In this document: positions 1 through 20,600 of the stretch, piece by piece
How the letters are laid out: the number at the start of each line of letters is the position of its first letter
Numbering within the stretch: the first letter of the stretch is position 1
From: Lingula anatina
Taxonomy: Eukaryota; Animalia; Brachiopoda
Assembly: GCA_051362555.1 (NCBI GenBank)
Contig: CM120640.1
Location: forward strand, 51,066,788 to 51,130,787
Length of the DNA stretch: 64,000 bases
Direction: 5' to 3'
The notes under the pieces: model-generated
What the model saw: only the letters and a program-made list of their open reading frames with translations
What the model was told of the DNA's origin: nothing
Database searches by the model: none
Position numbers and translations under genes: made by a program

Positions 1-53
1 AATATCTACATGTATATATATATTGTGTAAAACATGTAGTGTATAAATTTTAG

Positions 54-2872
54 GTGCAAGAGTTGAATGATGATGAACTGAACCTCAGCTGGATATGTAA
101 AAGGGAAGAAATTCTCAAAGAAGTAAACAATAACTTGTTAGGAGAAAGAAAAATGTTGCAAGACGAAATGGTAAGGTTTAGAATATTTAGGACAAATTCA
201 ACTGTTCGGACATAATACATACAGTACATACATATAGTTTCAAAAGTTGAAAAATCTACTTGTCAAGACATATATAGTAATCGAAATGTTATTTGACATA
301 ATGGTGTGAACCTAACAGGAGGGTTAAATTTGAAGTATTACATTTAATACATTATTTGAAAACTTCTACAACCATGAAATAACAATGTAAACTGTCTATG
401 GCTCTAATTTATAAGCACTCAAATAGCAGATTGAGTGATTAATTTGGAGTATCCCTTTTCATGTCTACTTAATATGAGTCACATCAGAAACTATAGTACG
501 TGGAAGTGGTTTATATGCCTTATATGCTCCACCGATGCTGGGTACCGATGTACCTTTAATCAAGGATTTTTAACAATTACTTCTTGCTTTAATATTACCA
601 GTATATCCCGATATAGTCTACCGGGGTACTTTGTTTTGCCACAAAATTACACACACACACAGCCACACATTTTTTTTTTCACAGAGTATACATCACACCT
701 GATTTCTTTACCCTTCTTTAAAAATATTTCACATATATGCAACGAAAGGAAGTTTTACTCTCAAATATTTTTCTTTAAATCATCAATTTTCAGAGAAAGC
801 TTCAAGTAAATATAGCTCATCTTCAGTCTGACTTTTGTTCTAAAGTTTGGGAATTTGGTCAAGAGTATGATCTTGTTGGAGATGGCAGGCAGAAGAGAGA
901 AAAGATAGCAAGAGAAGAGTTCCAAGAGCTAAAAAAGAAAGAACACAAAATTATAAAGGGTATGTCATTTTTGTTTTTACAATAAATACTATTAAAATTT
1001 TTCAATCATTGATCTTAATGTAACAGACAAAAGTGTAAATTTAAAAAAAAATCAAAACAAAAGAGAATTTAGAAATGGAATCTTTACCTGTTCCATGTAT
1101 AAGACCATTAACCATTGGCAGTTAAATGTGTTTAAGCATTCAGTTTTCTCATATTTTATCTGATTGAATTAATTTACATAGAACTAGCATGTTTTCGAGC
1201 CCATCAAGAAAATGTAGACAAGTTGGAGATGGACAAGAAGACTTCTAAAATGGAACTACACAAACTAGAGCAGCAGTTAAAATGTAGGTCATCGAGATGT
1301 AACACATCAGAACTTTTAGCATGAAATCATACGAATTTTCAGTTAATCCAATGCATTTTTGTTTTTTGTTTATTACTAACTTATACATGAACATTTTCAT
1401 AGTTAATCTTGCACTGTCTTTTGCTAGTGATAGTTGAAGATGAATTGGTCCAGATGAAAAAACTGAAAGAGTTAGAGAAGGACAGAAATTTAATTTACCA
1501 GTTGCCTCAGACTGACTCAGAGTTTAAAAGGTAAGTTAAATATATATCATAGTATTTTGTTTTAAAAAATATTCTAAATCATTTTTAAGAAAGTTTGTAC
1601 AGGCAATGTAATTTTCAATTTAAACCATTTACAAGTATCTGAACTTTGTGGTTCTTCTTTTTCAGTTTACCACAATAATAATAATAATTAGAAAATAAAT
1701 AACCACTAGCAGTGTTTTACATCCATGCTTCAATATTGATATTAAGGTTACATGCAGAATTAGAAAGTGCAAGGGAGGACAAACTTGAATGCTTGTGCAA
1801 TGCACTTCAACAGGAGTTGCAAGAACTTCAGCAGCAGCAGTGGCAGAGGCAGTTACAGATGCAGAAGCTAAAACAACAACAAAATAGACAAAGACTAGCC
1901 TTAAAACCACAAGATAAATCATTTGTTGAACAAGTAAAGTCCAGAGCTCTTTCACATAAGTTACTATGTACAAGGAGCTTTTCCTTTGTTATGCATACCA
2001 AAAAAAGAGAACTGTTACTGATATTTGTAAGGTTGTGCGATGGACATCTTTTAAGGTCTTATATTACATTACAAGTTGATGAATAGTGGATCAAACATAC
2101 TACAACCATATAAATGTTAAATGATAAACGTAGAAATAAATATTACATAATTGATTTTATCACAGGCATCAAACTGTGCAGCTAAAAACCATTCTACAGA
2201 ACTGAAGTCTGGACCAGCATTTGCAGTTTTATCTTCTTCTATGCCATCATCAAACCCAATCACAGATGGGATAACAGAGGGAACCGGACCAAATGGGTCC
2301 CAGCATTTTAATAGACAAGTTTGTTATAGGAGAGGTTTGTCACTGAAGATTGATTTACAAAGTAAAAAGAATATGCTGTTCATTTACTTACTGGTTATTT
2401 ATATAATAATCAGATACCCAATATTATTAAGAATGTTCCATTGTATCAGTCATCTGCAAATTACCTGGATAATGGAAAACCACAAGTTTTTCAAACATGT
2501 ATGTGGACAAGATAAAAAAAAATGCAATTAAAAGATATTCAGATTATCATCAGAATGAAAGTTTCTGCAATTTACAATTACAGGAGTAAAACGAAGTCAA
2601 CGGGTATCACAAAGTGGAACAAGCCAGCCAGTCCCTGCAGGAGAATATGAACAGAATATATTCATATCAAGGACTGTGGCTAAAGATGCTGAAGGGTAAA
2701 TATGAGAAATTCCCTCTATTGCATTTTCCTACCTAAATAACGATTTTAAGATCTCCTCTACAGAATTAAGAGAAGACTCTAAGTCTTGATTTGTCTTGTT
2801 GCATGCATTAAAATTTTTGTGGTCATTTTATTCAGTTTTACAGAACAGACAAAGAAGATACGTTTCAAGTGA
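54..2872 (+). CDS. CCDC172: Coiled-coil protein, CCDC172-like; 5'-partial and multi-exon (approx. 54-170, 794-959, ~1182-1283, ~1428-1530, ~1747-1933, 2166-2333, 2584-2695, 2836-2872)
   Basis: The spliced translation gives VQELNDDELNLSWICKREEILKEVNNNLLGERKML, FCSKVWEFGQEYDL and LEKDRNLIYQLPQTDSEFKRLHAELESAREDKLECLCNALQQEL. These parallel recalled human CCDC172 motifs ([47 protein letters not shown]). Junctions are GT-AG. The last exons and the stop are less certain. Confidence 0.7.
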
Positions 2873-3078
2873 GACTAAGAATAATGAGCAAGATGATACT
2901 GGTACTATGGAAAAAATCAACAAATAACACCAACCAGACAAAAATTACCCAGAGTTAATATTTGCTGTAAAGTTCTGGAACCAAAAATTTTTTTTAAAGC
3001 ACAAGAAAAAATAAAATGCCACATATTGGCTAATGCAAAAATAATTACATAATTTATCAAAACAGAACTACTGAAAAA

Positions 3079-3081
<3 letters not shown>

Positions 3082-3129
<48 letters not shown>
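3082..3129. repeat. (TA)n microsatellite
   Basis: Read directly from the sequence. Confidence 0.95.
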
Positions 3130-3132
<3 letters not shown>

Positions 3133-4019
3133 AGGCAAGATAAAAATCAGGCAGATTTAAATAACACCAAGGTGAGATTGAAATTTCAATCTTGCATAGG
3201 TGGATGTAAAATCTGCCAGGATTTCGATCTTGCCTGTGACATTTTCACAATTTTAAAAACTGCCCTTGCTGGTGATGAATTGCACAAGTCAGTTACACCA
3301 ATTCAGAATAAGCATGGAATCATATCTAGCTTACGTAATATTTCATATTATTCATTTGATCCAATTTGTCTTAAAATTGAAAAATAAATATTTAATAAGT
3401 CAATTAGTTATTTTTATTTATTCTCCCATGTTGATTACTTGTATTGAATTAACCAAGATATTTTAGCTGTACCTAGGTATGCAGTTTTATGTTATGTCAA
3501 AAACATTTTTCAACCTAGTTAATCAGTTTATCATCTCTTCCTCCAAGATTGATAGCGAGTCAAAATGTGCCTTTTCTTTCTTCTACACTTTTTTTTTTTT
3601 TTTCAAATAATACATAAGACAAGTTCAGTACCAACAATATACGTTTAATCAGCAAAAACAGAATTAACAATAATTACTTAAGAACTGTAAAATGGATTCT
3701 GTTGCAATCAATTGCAATAAAACATCAAGTTAATTTTTATGCTTTCAAAATACAAATTAATGTATATTATCCCATCTGAAACTGCACAGTAGTGTTTGGT
3801 TAAGTACAGATTGTTTGACCAGGCCAGTAGCAGGCACTTAAAAAGGGATGGTTTTCTGAAAAAAAGTGTACCTTTTACCACAAGTTACAAGTACTTAGTA
3901 CTTTAGTCAAAATTTTACCAAAGCAGATAGGTACTTGCTTAATTTGCATATTTAAATTGTAATAACATTTAAAAGGTTGATGTTTCTTGTAGAATAATAA
4001 TAATATTGCAATATTAATG

Positions 4020-4436
4020 GTGCATGTCCATGGCACTGGGTAACAACAATAGGACATGGGCATCAAAATTTCAACATGGCACTGATGAGCACACTTTCTG
4101 CTTAGAATATGCATCATATTTTGCTTTATATTCATAAATTTTGGAAAAAGTAAGAGTAAACAAGAGTCCCTTAACTTCACAAATTTGGGAAAGCACACCG
4201 CGATCCTGAATGTGTGTGCCCCAGATTTAAGGGCTGTTAGAGTGTCATTTCAGATAAGAATTAAAAAGTCAAAAATACACAGCAATGTTTGGAAACACAA
4301 AATCGTCTGTTATAACAAGACAAATCCACCCTCTTTCACATGAAAGCACCCCCATTGTAATCCAACACATACAAGTATTTTGACAGACTTTCAAAAATGA
4401 TAACCCATTGTTACCCAGTACTGTGGATGTGCACAA
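4020..4436. mobile_element. Non-autonomous TIR DNA element, short internally deleted copy
   Basis: Imperfect TIRs gtgcatgtccatggcactgggtaacaa / ttgttacccagtactgtggatgtgcac. Both halves match the longer copy at ~31803-32784. Confidence 0.8.
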
Positions 4437-5660
4437 TGTGAATACCCAATTTCCTAACACATTATTTTTCTAATGATCACTAAACAAAAGTTTTTTCCTC
4501 GTAAAAGTTAAAATTTATTTTGATTTAACAAACTAATATTGGACCTACATCATATACAAAATTGTATTGCATACCATTATTACCTTCACTATTTCCCTCT
4601 TTATATAGCAATCTTCATATCCATGAAGTGCTTTAAGAAGGCAGGAGAGTATTTGCTTCTATCTTTAACTTAAACTATTATGATTGTGTTTACTTTTAAG
4701 TTTATATTAAAATCAATGCATAATTTTTTTTTTCCACAAAAACTGTCAGCATGCAATAAGTTTCTGGCATAATTTTAACAAAGCCGACATCTATCTCATT
4801 TTTATCATCATTATTAATATATAATGTTTATATAAGTATATAATGTTTATATAAGTGTATAGGTAAACATCTTGAGCTTTTTTAACACAACTTCTGATAT
4901 GCTTTTTACAGTGTCAGAAAGTTGCTAGTGAACTGGAATAATGTCAAGAATTTTCATGGCCAGCATGTCAAGCTATAAATATATTAAAGATCCCCTAAAT
5001 GCTAAATATGATATAACTTAGGGCAAAACATAGACATCATTCAGAAAAAAATTACTAGTATAACATCATTCATTCGTGCATAAAGTCTTCAGTTTCACAA
5101 ATAATTTTACCTTTTGTGTGCTTGTCCTCTTCATGCTCCAGTTGGCACAAAAACTATATGGTTGGAATATTTTAGGCAACAACATGATAACAGACCAGGA
5201 TGTCTAAAACATTCTAAACAATTACAAAATAAGGCTGCCATGTGAATAACTCTAGATGCTGTTATTCATGAGTTTTTTAAATCTGTGACAGTACTACACT
5301 GTACTTCAAACCCCTGAACATAAGCATTTTCCCCCCGACATTAAAATCGTTCATCATTCATCTTGGCTCACAGTATATATATATCAATTTGCTACTTTTC
5401 CATCAAATTGGCATGGTCAGAAAGATTGTATTTATAGGTACGAACAGTATGCCAGAGTGAATCCAAGAACAACAAAAATTACTATACTTCTATTTTCCAT
5501 ATTTTTTCAAATGTAGACACATGAAAAATCAATAACTCAGGGTGCAAGTATACACTTCCAATTGAAAATACTTTAGAACTGGAATGTATGCAAGTGGAAA
5601 CATTGACAATGTTGTTTAAAAATTTTCTACCACTTGGATTCATTGTCAACTAAAATCACT

Positions 5661-8123
5661 TCATTTTTGAATCATATCATAATTCCCTTCCTCAGGATCT
5701 TCATACACATCTGGATCTGCTCCTACAGTATAATAATCTTCAATTCCACCAACTACCTCTGCTTCATGGTATCCATCACCAGTACTATACATTAGGTCAG
5801 GGTCCTCTTCTTCACCACTGTTGGTTTGCAAGCGACCATAAGTAGCATCAACTGGTGGCTTTTTTCCCTTCCCAACCCTAATGTGGTCATACTCAACATC
5901 TTGAGCATGGTCACTGGAAACAACTGTCTTTTTACCTTGTGGAATCAGTACTGGGTTTGGTTTCTTTTTCACTGTCTTGTTAGTGTGCAATGCTGCTGGT
6001 GGTTGATAATGTTCCTCGTGAAAGTGATCATCAGTTTCTGCATGCCGTTTCCAGGCATTGTCTTGGATATCTTGTGGTTGGGAATATATTGTTCCTTCTT
6101 TATCTGGTTTTGGTTTCAGGGGGGGCTTTGGCTTTGGTTTGGGTTTGGGTTTGTTTTGTTGTTGAACTTTTAATTTGTCTTCTAATTCTCTGGCAAATCC
6201 TGTGGCCCCTTTACTACTGACCTTGTTATCTGATCTTGTGTACCTTCTGTCAGGAAGCTCAGGGGATGGGGATGTTGTAGAAATGGATGCAGTTCTTTTC
6301 TCAGCAGTTTGTTCTTTGATTTGTCTTAACCTGTCATTGATAAGCAAAAATATATCGTTTCCCTCCTTTGTAGCAAGTGAAAAAAGTCCTTCACCAGAGT
6401 TGCACTTTCGCCCTGCCTCAAACTGGAAGTTGGTTTTGCTGCGACCATACCGTCTGATAAATCTAAACGGCCAAATATACTCCACTCTGCCTGTGTGAAG
6501 ATTGACCATGGAAATGTTCATGGCATTTACATGTAAATCATAGTCACCTGTGAGTCTACAGCGCCTAGAAACTTCATTGTCAACTATTTTTATTCTAAAT
6601 ACCCCAGCTGAAAAAAGAAGAGAATATCAAATGAAAACAATGTCAACATAAAGTATACACACACGAAAAAAAAAACAAAAAATAAAACTTGTAACTTGTA
6701 GATCACGAGGTTATTTATATAATACACTATATATATATATATATGTATCTATCTATACTAGTACATGTAGAACTACATTGATTTTATATTATTCCCAACA
6801 AAATATGTGCCAAAAATAATGTGCTGGGATATGGTCAAGTGTTGCAAATATTTAATTTTATAAGAAGAATTTTTTTTCATTTCAACATTTCAATTCTACA
6901 GTTTGACCTGATCTACAAAAACTGGAATCACGAGCTGAAAGAGAAAAGTGTGGGGACTTTCAGGACTTTTCTTTAAGTACTTTTCAAATTAATAAGCCAA
7001 TTTCCTTCTTAAAAACTAGTCAATAACATTTTGCAAGAACATATGCGGTACAAATACTTACGATTTTCAGCACATGCATATAGTGCACTTTCATCAAAAT
7101 GAGCTTCATCAGAGTTGAGACTAGTCATGGATTCTCCTTTTTGCATTGTTTGCTGACAATTGGTATAAAGAACTCCTCGGGAAACACAATTCTCAATTGT
7201 TCCAACCCACTGACGTAGTTCCTCCTCGCTGTCTGTTGAGAAGAGTTTTGGTTTAACTGATGTGCTAAAGGTCACTTGAAATATAAGTTCTCTTCCACCT
7301 GTTGTCTGAGTCTGCTTTATATTCTTAATATCTGACAGAAAGATTGTGCTTTTTTTAAGCTCTGGTCCCTTCTTTTCCTGGTCCTCATAGAAGGATAACC
7401 TTGGTGAATCCACACTAGTGCCTGCTGCATAGAGAACACACCACCGTCTAACCCAGGTTTTTCCCTGAAATGTACACCATCTTTTTCGTGAATCACCAGT
7501 TGAAGTAGTCAGAGGCAACTCACAAGTCAGTCATAAAAATAGGTGAAAGGATGGTAGCTTATACGTACACCACACCTTAACCAGACATGAACATTTTTAT
7601 TATACCAGTAACTTCCTGATTACTATAAATTTACGACGTACATGCGATAAATTAGACATACGGCTTGATTCATTAACATACCAGTTTCCAAACAAGTCCA
7701 CATATCCATCACGGAATGAGATTGAATCGAAGAACAAAAATCACGCAATTAATAAATATATTTTAACGCCAAAGTTTAAAACTGCATCCTTTCAGCAACC
7801 GCAGGTTGGGACTAATTTTTAGATCTAGAAAAAGTTGATTTATGATTCATCGGTGATAGTATATCTTTGGTTGACCGAAGGTCAGGAATAGCATGCTATC
7901 TATAATGGCCTACTTTACCAATAATTTCCTTGCTGGTTCGACTGGGGTCGGGCATTGACGGCATCAGAACTAAATGCCCTAGTACATGTATACGTCTGCG
8001 AAATTAAGGAAGTCTCGAAAAGAGTCCCTAAAATATTTTAACATTTGGGACGAAAAATCAAAAACATACCTTAAGTGGTGCATTCAGCCAACAAAACACG
8101 TATCCTTCTTTAACAGCCTCCAC
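5661..8123 (-). CDS. Dok: Docking protein (Dok1/2/3-like): PH domain, IRS-type PTB domain, Pro/Tyr-rich tail; exons 8123-8070, 7464-7062, 6607-5661 (~467 aa)
   Basis: PH motif (AVKEGYV...KTWVRRWCVLY...EEELRQWV) and PTB motif (WPFRFIRRYGRSKTNFQFEAGRKCNSGEGLF). The tail has many Tyr-X-X-Pro/hydrophobic sites. Exon lengths 54+403+947 keep frame across GT-AG junctions. Confidence 0.92.
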
Positions 8124-8528
8124 GGTGGCGTTTTAGCATATCACGGTTTGAATTTTTAGTTTTTATCAAGTACAAACTCTTAACAAGGAAGTAACGTGGA
8201 GAACAAGAAATGAAATTGTGAAGTATCACGGGTACCCGGAAGTAAAATAATCAATGTTAATGGATTTTAAATGAATATTTGATGATTTACTTATCATATA
8301 AAACTAACTTTAAAGTCGTCGCTCCGAAGCTCCTGAAATAGGAAATTTACGTACCTTTTGTTTTACTAGTCATTGACCCAATTTCTTTTACTCTATAGTA
8401 GGTCAAGGTCGAACGGTGGGCAACGTTGATGGCACGCTAATCTTGTGTTGTGCTTAATATTGTAGTTCATCCTTTTTTGAAAATGCCTGCTGGGCTCTGA
8501 AGTTCAAGCCTTAACTGTTGTTTTAGCA
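8124..8528. promoter_or_regulatory. Bidirectional promoter region between Dok and DDX41
   Basis: The two start codons face away from each other ~400 bp apart. An ETS/GABP-type CCGGAAGT lies at 8236-8243, an AGGAAGT near 8186, and CpG is locally raised. Confidence 0.65.
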
Positions 8529-15392
<6,864 letters not shown>

Positions 15393-17631
15393 CACCTCAA
15401 GGGAATTCCAATTCATTTCAAGGGAGATGGCCTAGATATAATACTTATGACTCTGAAGGCATTGTATTTGCCCCTGGGACAGGCCCCATACACACAAGCT
15501 AAGGCAAATAGCATTGGTAAAGTGAAGTTGGGACAGCGAGAAAATTTAGATGCGTCCGATTCTGCTAATTAAGAAAGATTATGACAAACCCGAAACAAGC
15601 GGACCAGTTACTATGCCATGTAAAATGACTGGAGACAGTTGTATGGCAAAAACCAATCTTTAAAGCCTGATTTTGGTCTTAACAAACCCTTTGTAGTAAA
15701 GGTTTTTCACAGCTGGAACTGGTAACTTAGTGCACATCCCCACTTTTGATGTAGTTACCTGTGTATTAACTTTTACTGTTAATATATCGTTTTACATTTT
15801 TTAAACAAATGCTGAACATTTAAGTCACTTTTCAAACTAAGCACAATATAGTTGAAAGGTAAAGTAGAACAGATGTTAGTGGGAAACTTGTAAATTAGAT
15901 ATGGATTTCCTTAAGTGTAATGTGCACTGCCGAATGTGCACAAATTGTTGCATCAAAAATCATTCAAGTCACCAAATCAGGGTTACTAGAAATGTCAATT
16001 CTAAAATTCTACAACTTTTTAAGCAATCACACACATTTTGTTAGCAATTTTTCCAATTTCTGTGGATTGGCACAAATTTCATTGGCTTATCTCAGCTTTT
16101 TTGTAAGCCAGGCATGTGATGAAGCTCTACTTATGAAAGAAATCTCACATCATTGCAGTTTTATTGCAACCAATCAAACATCTTTCTAACAGATCTTACT
16201 CAAGCCCTGTACAATCGTATAATGCTTTGAAAAAAATGACATTAAATTTAAGATACTCTACCTTTAATTCTTCTGTAAAATAAAACTTGTACAAATAAAT
16301 TCTTTTTTATGTATATGTTTATTCAATAATTTGTTTTTGGCCACCATATAGTAGAAATCTTGTAGATGTGAAGTAGAATGCCTTGGTCGCCATTAGAAAA
16401 GACAATTGTGCAATAGGTAACAAAACTTGAAAAAATAACATGACCAGAGTTTCCATTCTGATTTCTACATATAACAAGCACGGTTCCATGAACCTATAAA
16501 CCTTTTCTGAACTGAAAATTTTTATCATCTAGATTGTCGACTTCCACATACTGCAGAGAAAGCATGACATAACAAGTACCCATTTAATTTCAAAGATCCT
16601 CTTTCCAGCCAATGGTATATGCTCTTTCAAAACCAGGCACTTCTCTCCATACTATGTGCATCACACCTACATCTTCGTGTACTTTGCTGAACACTTATTA
16701 GGAAATTTCTGTGAAACGTTCTACATGAACAAAAACTTAAGAAAGCCCCTCCATTTAATTCTTGCCTCAAGTCTCCTTTTTAAGAAGCAATGTTTTGATC
16801 TTGCACAAAAATTGCACATAATAAACTCTGCTACTGGAGCACAATTTGCGATATTTTACATGCATTTACAGAATGCACAGAAATCCAAAAAACATCTACA
16901 TTGTAACAGTTAAGGCTGCAAGGTTCTTCTTTGCTCCCCAATAACTGCTGAGGTAGTTGCCTACATAAGTGTTACAGCTTTCAGTATCAAAATTCCACCT
17001 GGGCACAATTCAAAATCGTAAATGCTATCATTTACTTTTCAAGACAGTTTTGAATGCATTACTACAGATGCATACATGTAAACGTTATTTATACTACTTT
17101 GTGTAAAAAGTATTCACTCAATGAAGGTATAATTTCAATGTTTATGCTACATCTGCCAAAAGTGTTATAGCACACATACGTAAGGTTTTGTAGGGTTCAA
17201 ATGAAACACTGGACTCTTCACCAGACCAACTGCACTTGTAGTTATATGAATGCTCTAAAATCTTAAGTCCCTTCTCGTCTCTGCATAAGGCACCCTCCCC
17301 CTTTGAATACTCCCAAGTTTCAATCAATTGTGACCAAAAATTGTCATCACATTGGAATACTTAAACAGCTGCTCCCAGAGCACTTTACATATATAACATA
17401 TCATGCCGTCACATTAAGCGGTTCAAACACCCGTTCTCTTCTAGAGGGTTCAGATCCAACTCTCCTTCTCGGAATTTGGATGCTTGGTGCGATCCCAAAA
17501 TCCACCATCTAGGCAGAGCGCTGCAGTCTGGGGAGCAACATAATCACTGCTCCTCAGTGTAGTAAGGCAAGTCACATCTTTGCAGAAAAGCAACTATCAT
17601 TTGTAAGAAAAAATCCTAAGTTTCAAAGTCA

Positions 17632-20600
17632 CTAGTCTTTGCTTTGGAAAATATACAAATTGTTTGTAGCTGCTACTGCTATTACATTTTCTGATGGATG
17701 CCAGCCAGCATGCAAGATTTTCTTACTAAAGTCTAAAGAGTCCACACTTATTTCATCTTTCTTTCTTTTTCCACCTGAGCAAACTTTCCTAGGTTTTAAT
17801 ACTGTCCTTGGTTTCATATTTTCTCGAGATGCTTCCAAAGTTACATCCCTCTTACTCTCCCTATCAAACATGCGGAAGAAATTGTTGTAGGACCCAGTCA
17901 TGATGTGCCTAAAATAGCAATGAAGAAAATATATGAGAAACTGCAGCAATAATTAACATTATAGGACCTATTTTGGGCAGCAACCCATTGGCCATTTTAC
18001 ACTGATATCCAACTGTTTTATAAATGCAAGATTAATTTGATGGGATCAAAACGTATGTGGAATGAAAATTCAAAAAAAAAAAAATTGTTTAGGACATTAT
18101 GTTTGCATAATAAGAGTGGCATTGAAGCCACATTGGTTGCCAGTCCCGTTCTACAAAGCTCAGAGAGAAATTTTGTTTTCAGGCCAAACTACCACTTACT
18201 TAATCACAGATCGATTTCTACTTTTGTTGTGTTTGAATTATTTTCCTTCAAAAAATATCTGACAATGAAAGGTCTAAGGTTTGTGCAAGTTTGACAAACA
18301 TTTCATTTAAAAACAAGCAGAACAGAAGAGCAATTTTCAAAGCATTAAAACATTACCTGTCATCACCACTCCAAGCACACTCAAACTTGTCAAAGATGCA
18401 GTCATTTTCATACAGTGAGCACAGCTTACTACGAAGAAATTCATGTACAGGGTATGTTTCTATTGGCTTAGAGTCCATATTCAGATCCCAAACTTTGACA
18501 GATAAATAATCACGAGATATTAGGTATCTGCCACTATGACTAAATTTGACATCTGATATACTGGATATAATCTCTGAGAAGAAACTTCGGTTAGTTGGAT
18601 CCTCTGGCTCTTCAAATACTGCAATAGAAATACAGATATTGACCATACGAAAAATAACTATCTCTCAGAGAGAATAATGATAATCAGATCAATTTACAAT
18701 ATTGGATATTTAAATAAATTAACATCTTTGCAGGTAACTATCACCTAAAACTCTTTTTTTAATGCATGTAACATCAATGTCTGCAGGTAACGGGGCCTGT
18801 AATGTACTGTTCATCCATTCAGGCACGTTTACCCTACACTTCAATATGCCTGCCGCTATCATTATGTCATAACACAGCATAGTTAAGCCACACAAATGTC
18901 TTGACAGGCATGTCTTCAGGAATATATCAAGGCTTACCAAAGCAGTCCTTGAAAATCATACTCACATTTTGTATGTTGATCACAAAGTGCCCTGGACCTC
19001 ATGTCACATAACCTTATACTGCCCTTGCTACTACTATATACAAACACGTTACACATGCTTGGGTGGAATTCTGCTGCAGTTATCACTTCATTCAATTCTT
19101 CCATATTAGCTGGTTTAATATCAACAATGTCTAAAAATGCTGGTTAAAGAGTCAAACAAAATTTGCATCTTTTAATTATTCCATATTTTCTACAAAGATG
19201 TTTTTTTAATATAAATATTCTCCAAGTCTAATCTGCACATTGTCTACAAAAAAAAAGAATCATACAATCTAAAATGCAATAATCAAGGATACTAAAACTT
19301 TGGTCGGTAATCTCAAGGTGCCACAGATTAATCCTAAGGTCATCTGCAGACATATAAGTTTCCTGGTCACTGTTGACAGAAATGGAGTTAATATGGTAGG
19401 TGTGTGCATTAGCAAACACACGACGTGGACTAGCTTCAACCATCAATTCCATAGGTTTGAGAATTGGCACCCGCAGTGCTTTTACAGATGTAGGGTCTCG
19501 CAACATGCCAGTCTCATCCTTTGTGTTGAAACCTTCTGGTCGCTTGTCTCTCTCTGAAATCTTCCATAATTTGATTGTTTTATCTGAAACAAAAACAAGT
19601 AAAGGTTGTCTAAGAATATATTCAAACAGAAAAATGGACACAGTGTCTACCATTATTAAATACATCTGTTTGCAGGTGAAAGGACCTGCAAAGTACTGTC
19701 CATCCATTCAAGCACATTTACCCCACACTTCAATATGCCTGCTGTTATCATTATGCTATAACACAGCACAGTTACACCACACAAATGTCTTGACAAGCAT
19801 CCCCTTGCCAAGGCCCTTATAAAATAAAACAAATTGTTTATTTCTTTTAAATAGTTTCAGACACGCTCCTACCATTTGTTGAAAGCAAGAAATTGGCTGG
19901 ATTGGCTCTCCTTAACCATCTTATTTTGTTGATCTTTTCTTCAATTTCTAAACTCTTCAAGTAATCAAACTCTGGTTCATGACTCTGGAAAGTGCTATAC
20001 ACATTGTATTCCCCACGATGAGTCTGGTTGGCTTTGCCCTATGAAATGCAAAAAAAGCTTTTGTAGTGTTATTAGGGGACTACTGCATTTTAGACTGCAT
20101 TCAGCCTGAGCCAGACCAACTAAGAATGCAAACAGTCTAGCAATCTTTGACAGGCTGATTATATATTTAATTATACTGCAGCTCAATATATTAACTCTTG
20201 TCTGTGATGCTTTGAGGCCATTACTTGGTTTAACTTGTACTGTATGTGAATGGCAGATAAAAAGTAGCAGCAAGTCAAAAGTGAATAAAAGAATGTAGAA
20301 AGCAAACCCATTTAAGTCTTTAAATATCTGTTCAAAATTATCAAAGGCTAATAAATCTCAACTTTGAAATCAAAACATACATATATCAACGACTGGCTGA
20401 CTCCAACTACTGATTTGTCAGGAAGCATATCTTACAGTTGGCATAAAGTAATGCACATAAATAACTCTGGTAGCACAATCAATCATTTTATAAAAAAGAT
20501 CCCCAAATCTTAAAAGTTGTACTTATCCATTAATTGGAAATGTGCACCATTTCAAATAGCTACTCTATTTTATGCATAACCGAAGGAATAGTAGGCTTTT

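Noticed and set aside
5826-6498. Plus-strand ORFs overlapping Dok
   Set aside because: These are antisense shadows of the real coding exon.
7919-7964. AUG-initiated mini-exon (MPSMPDPSRTSKEII, minus strand) as the true Dok first exon
   Set aside because: It ends in phase 1 and cannot join the phase-0 PH exon. It could only splice to the PTB exon to give a PH-less isoform, and there is no support for that.
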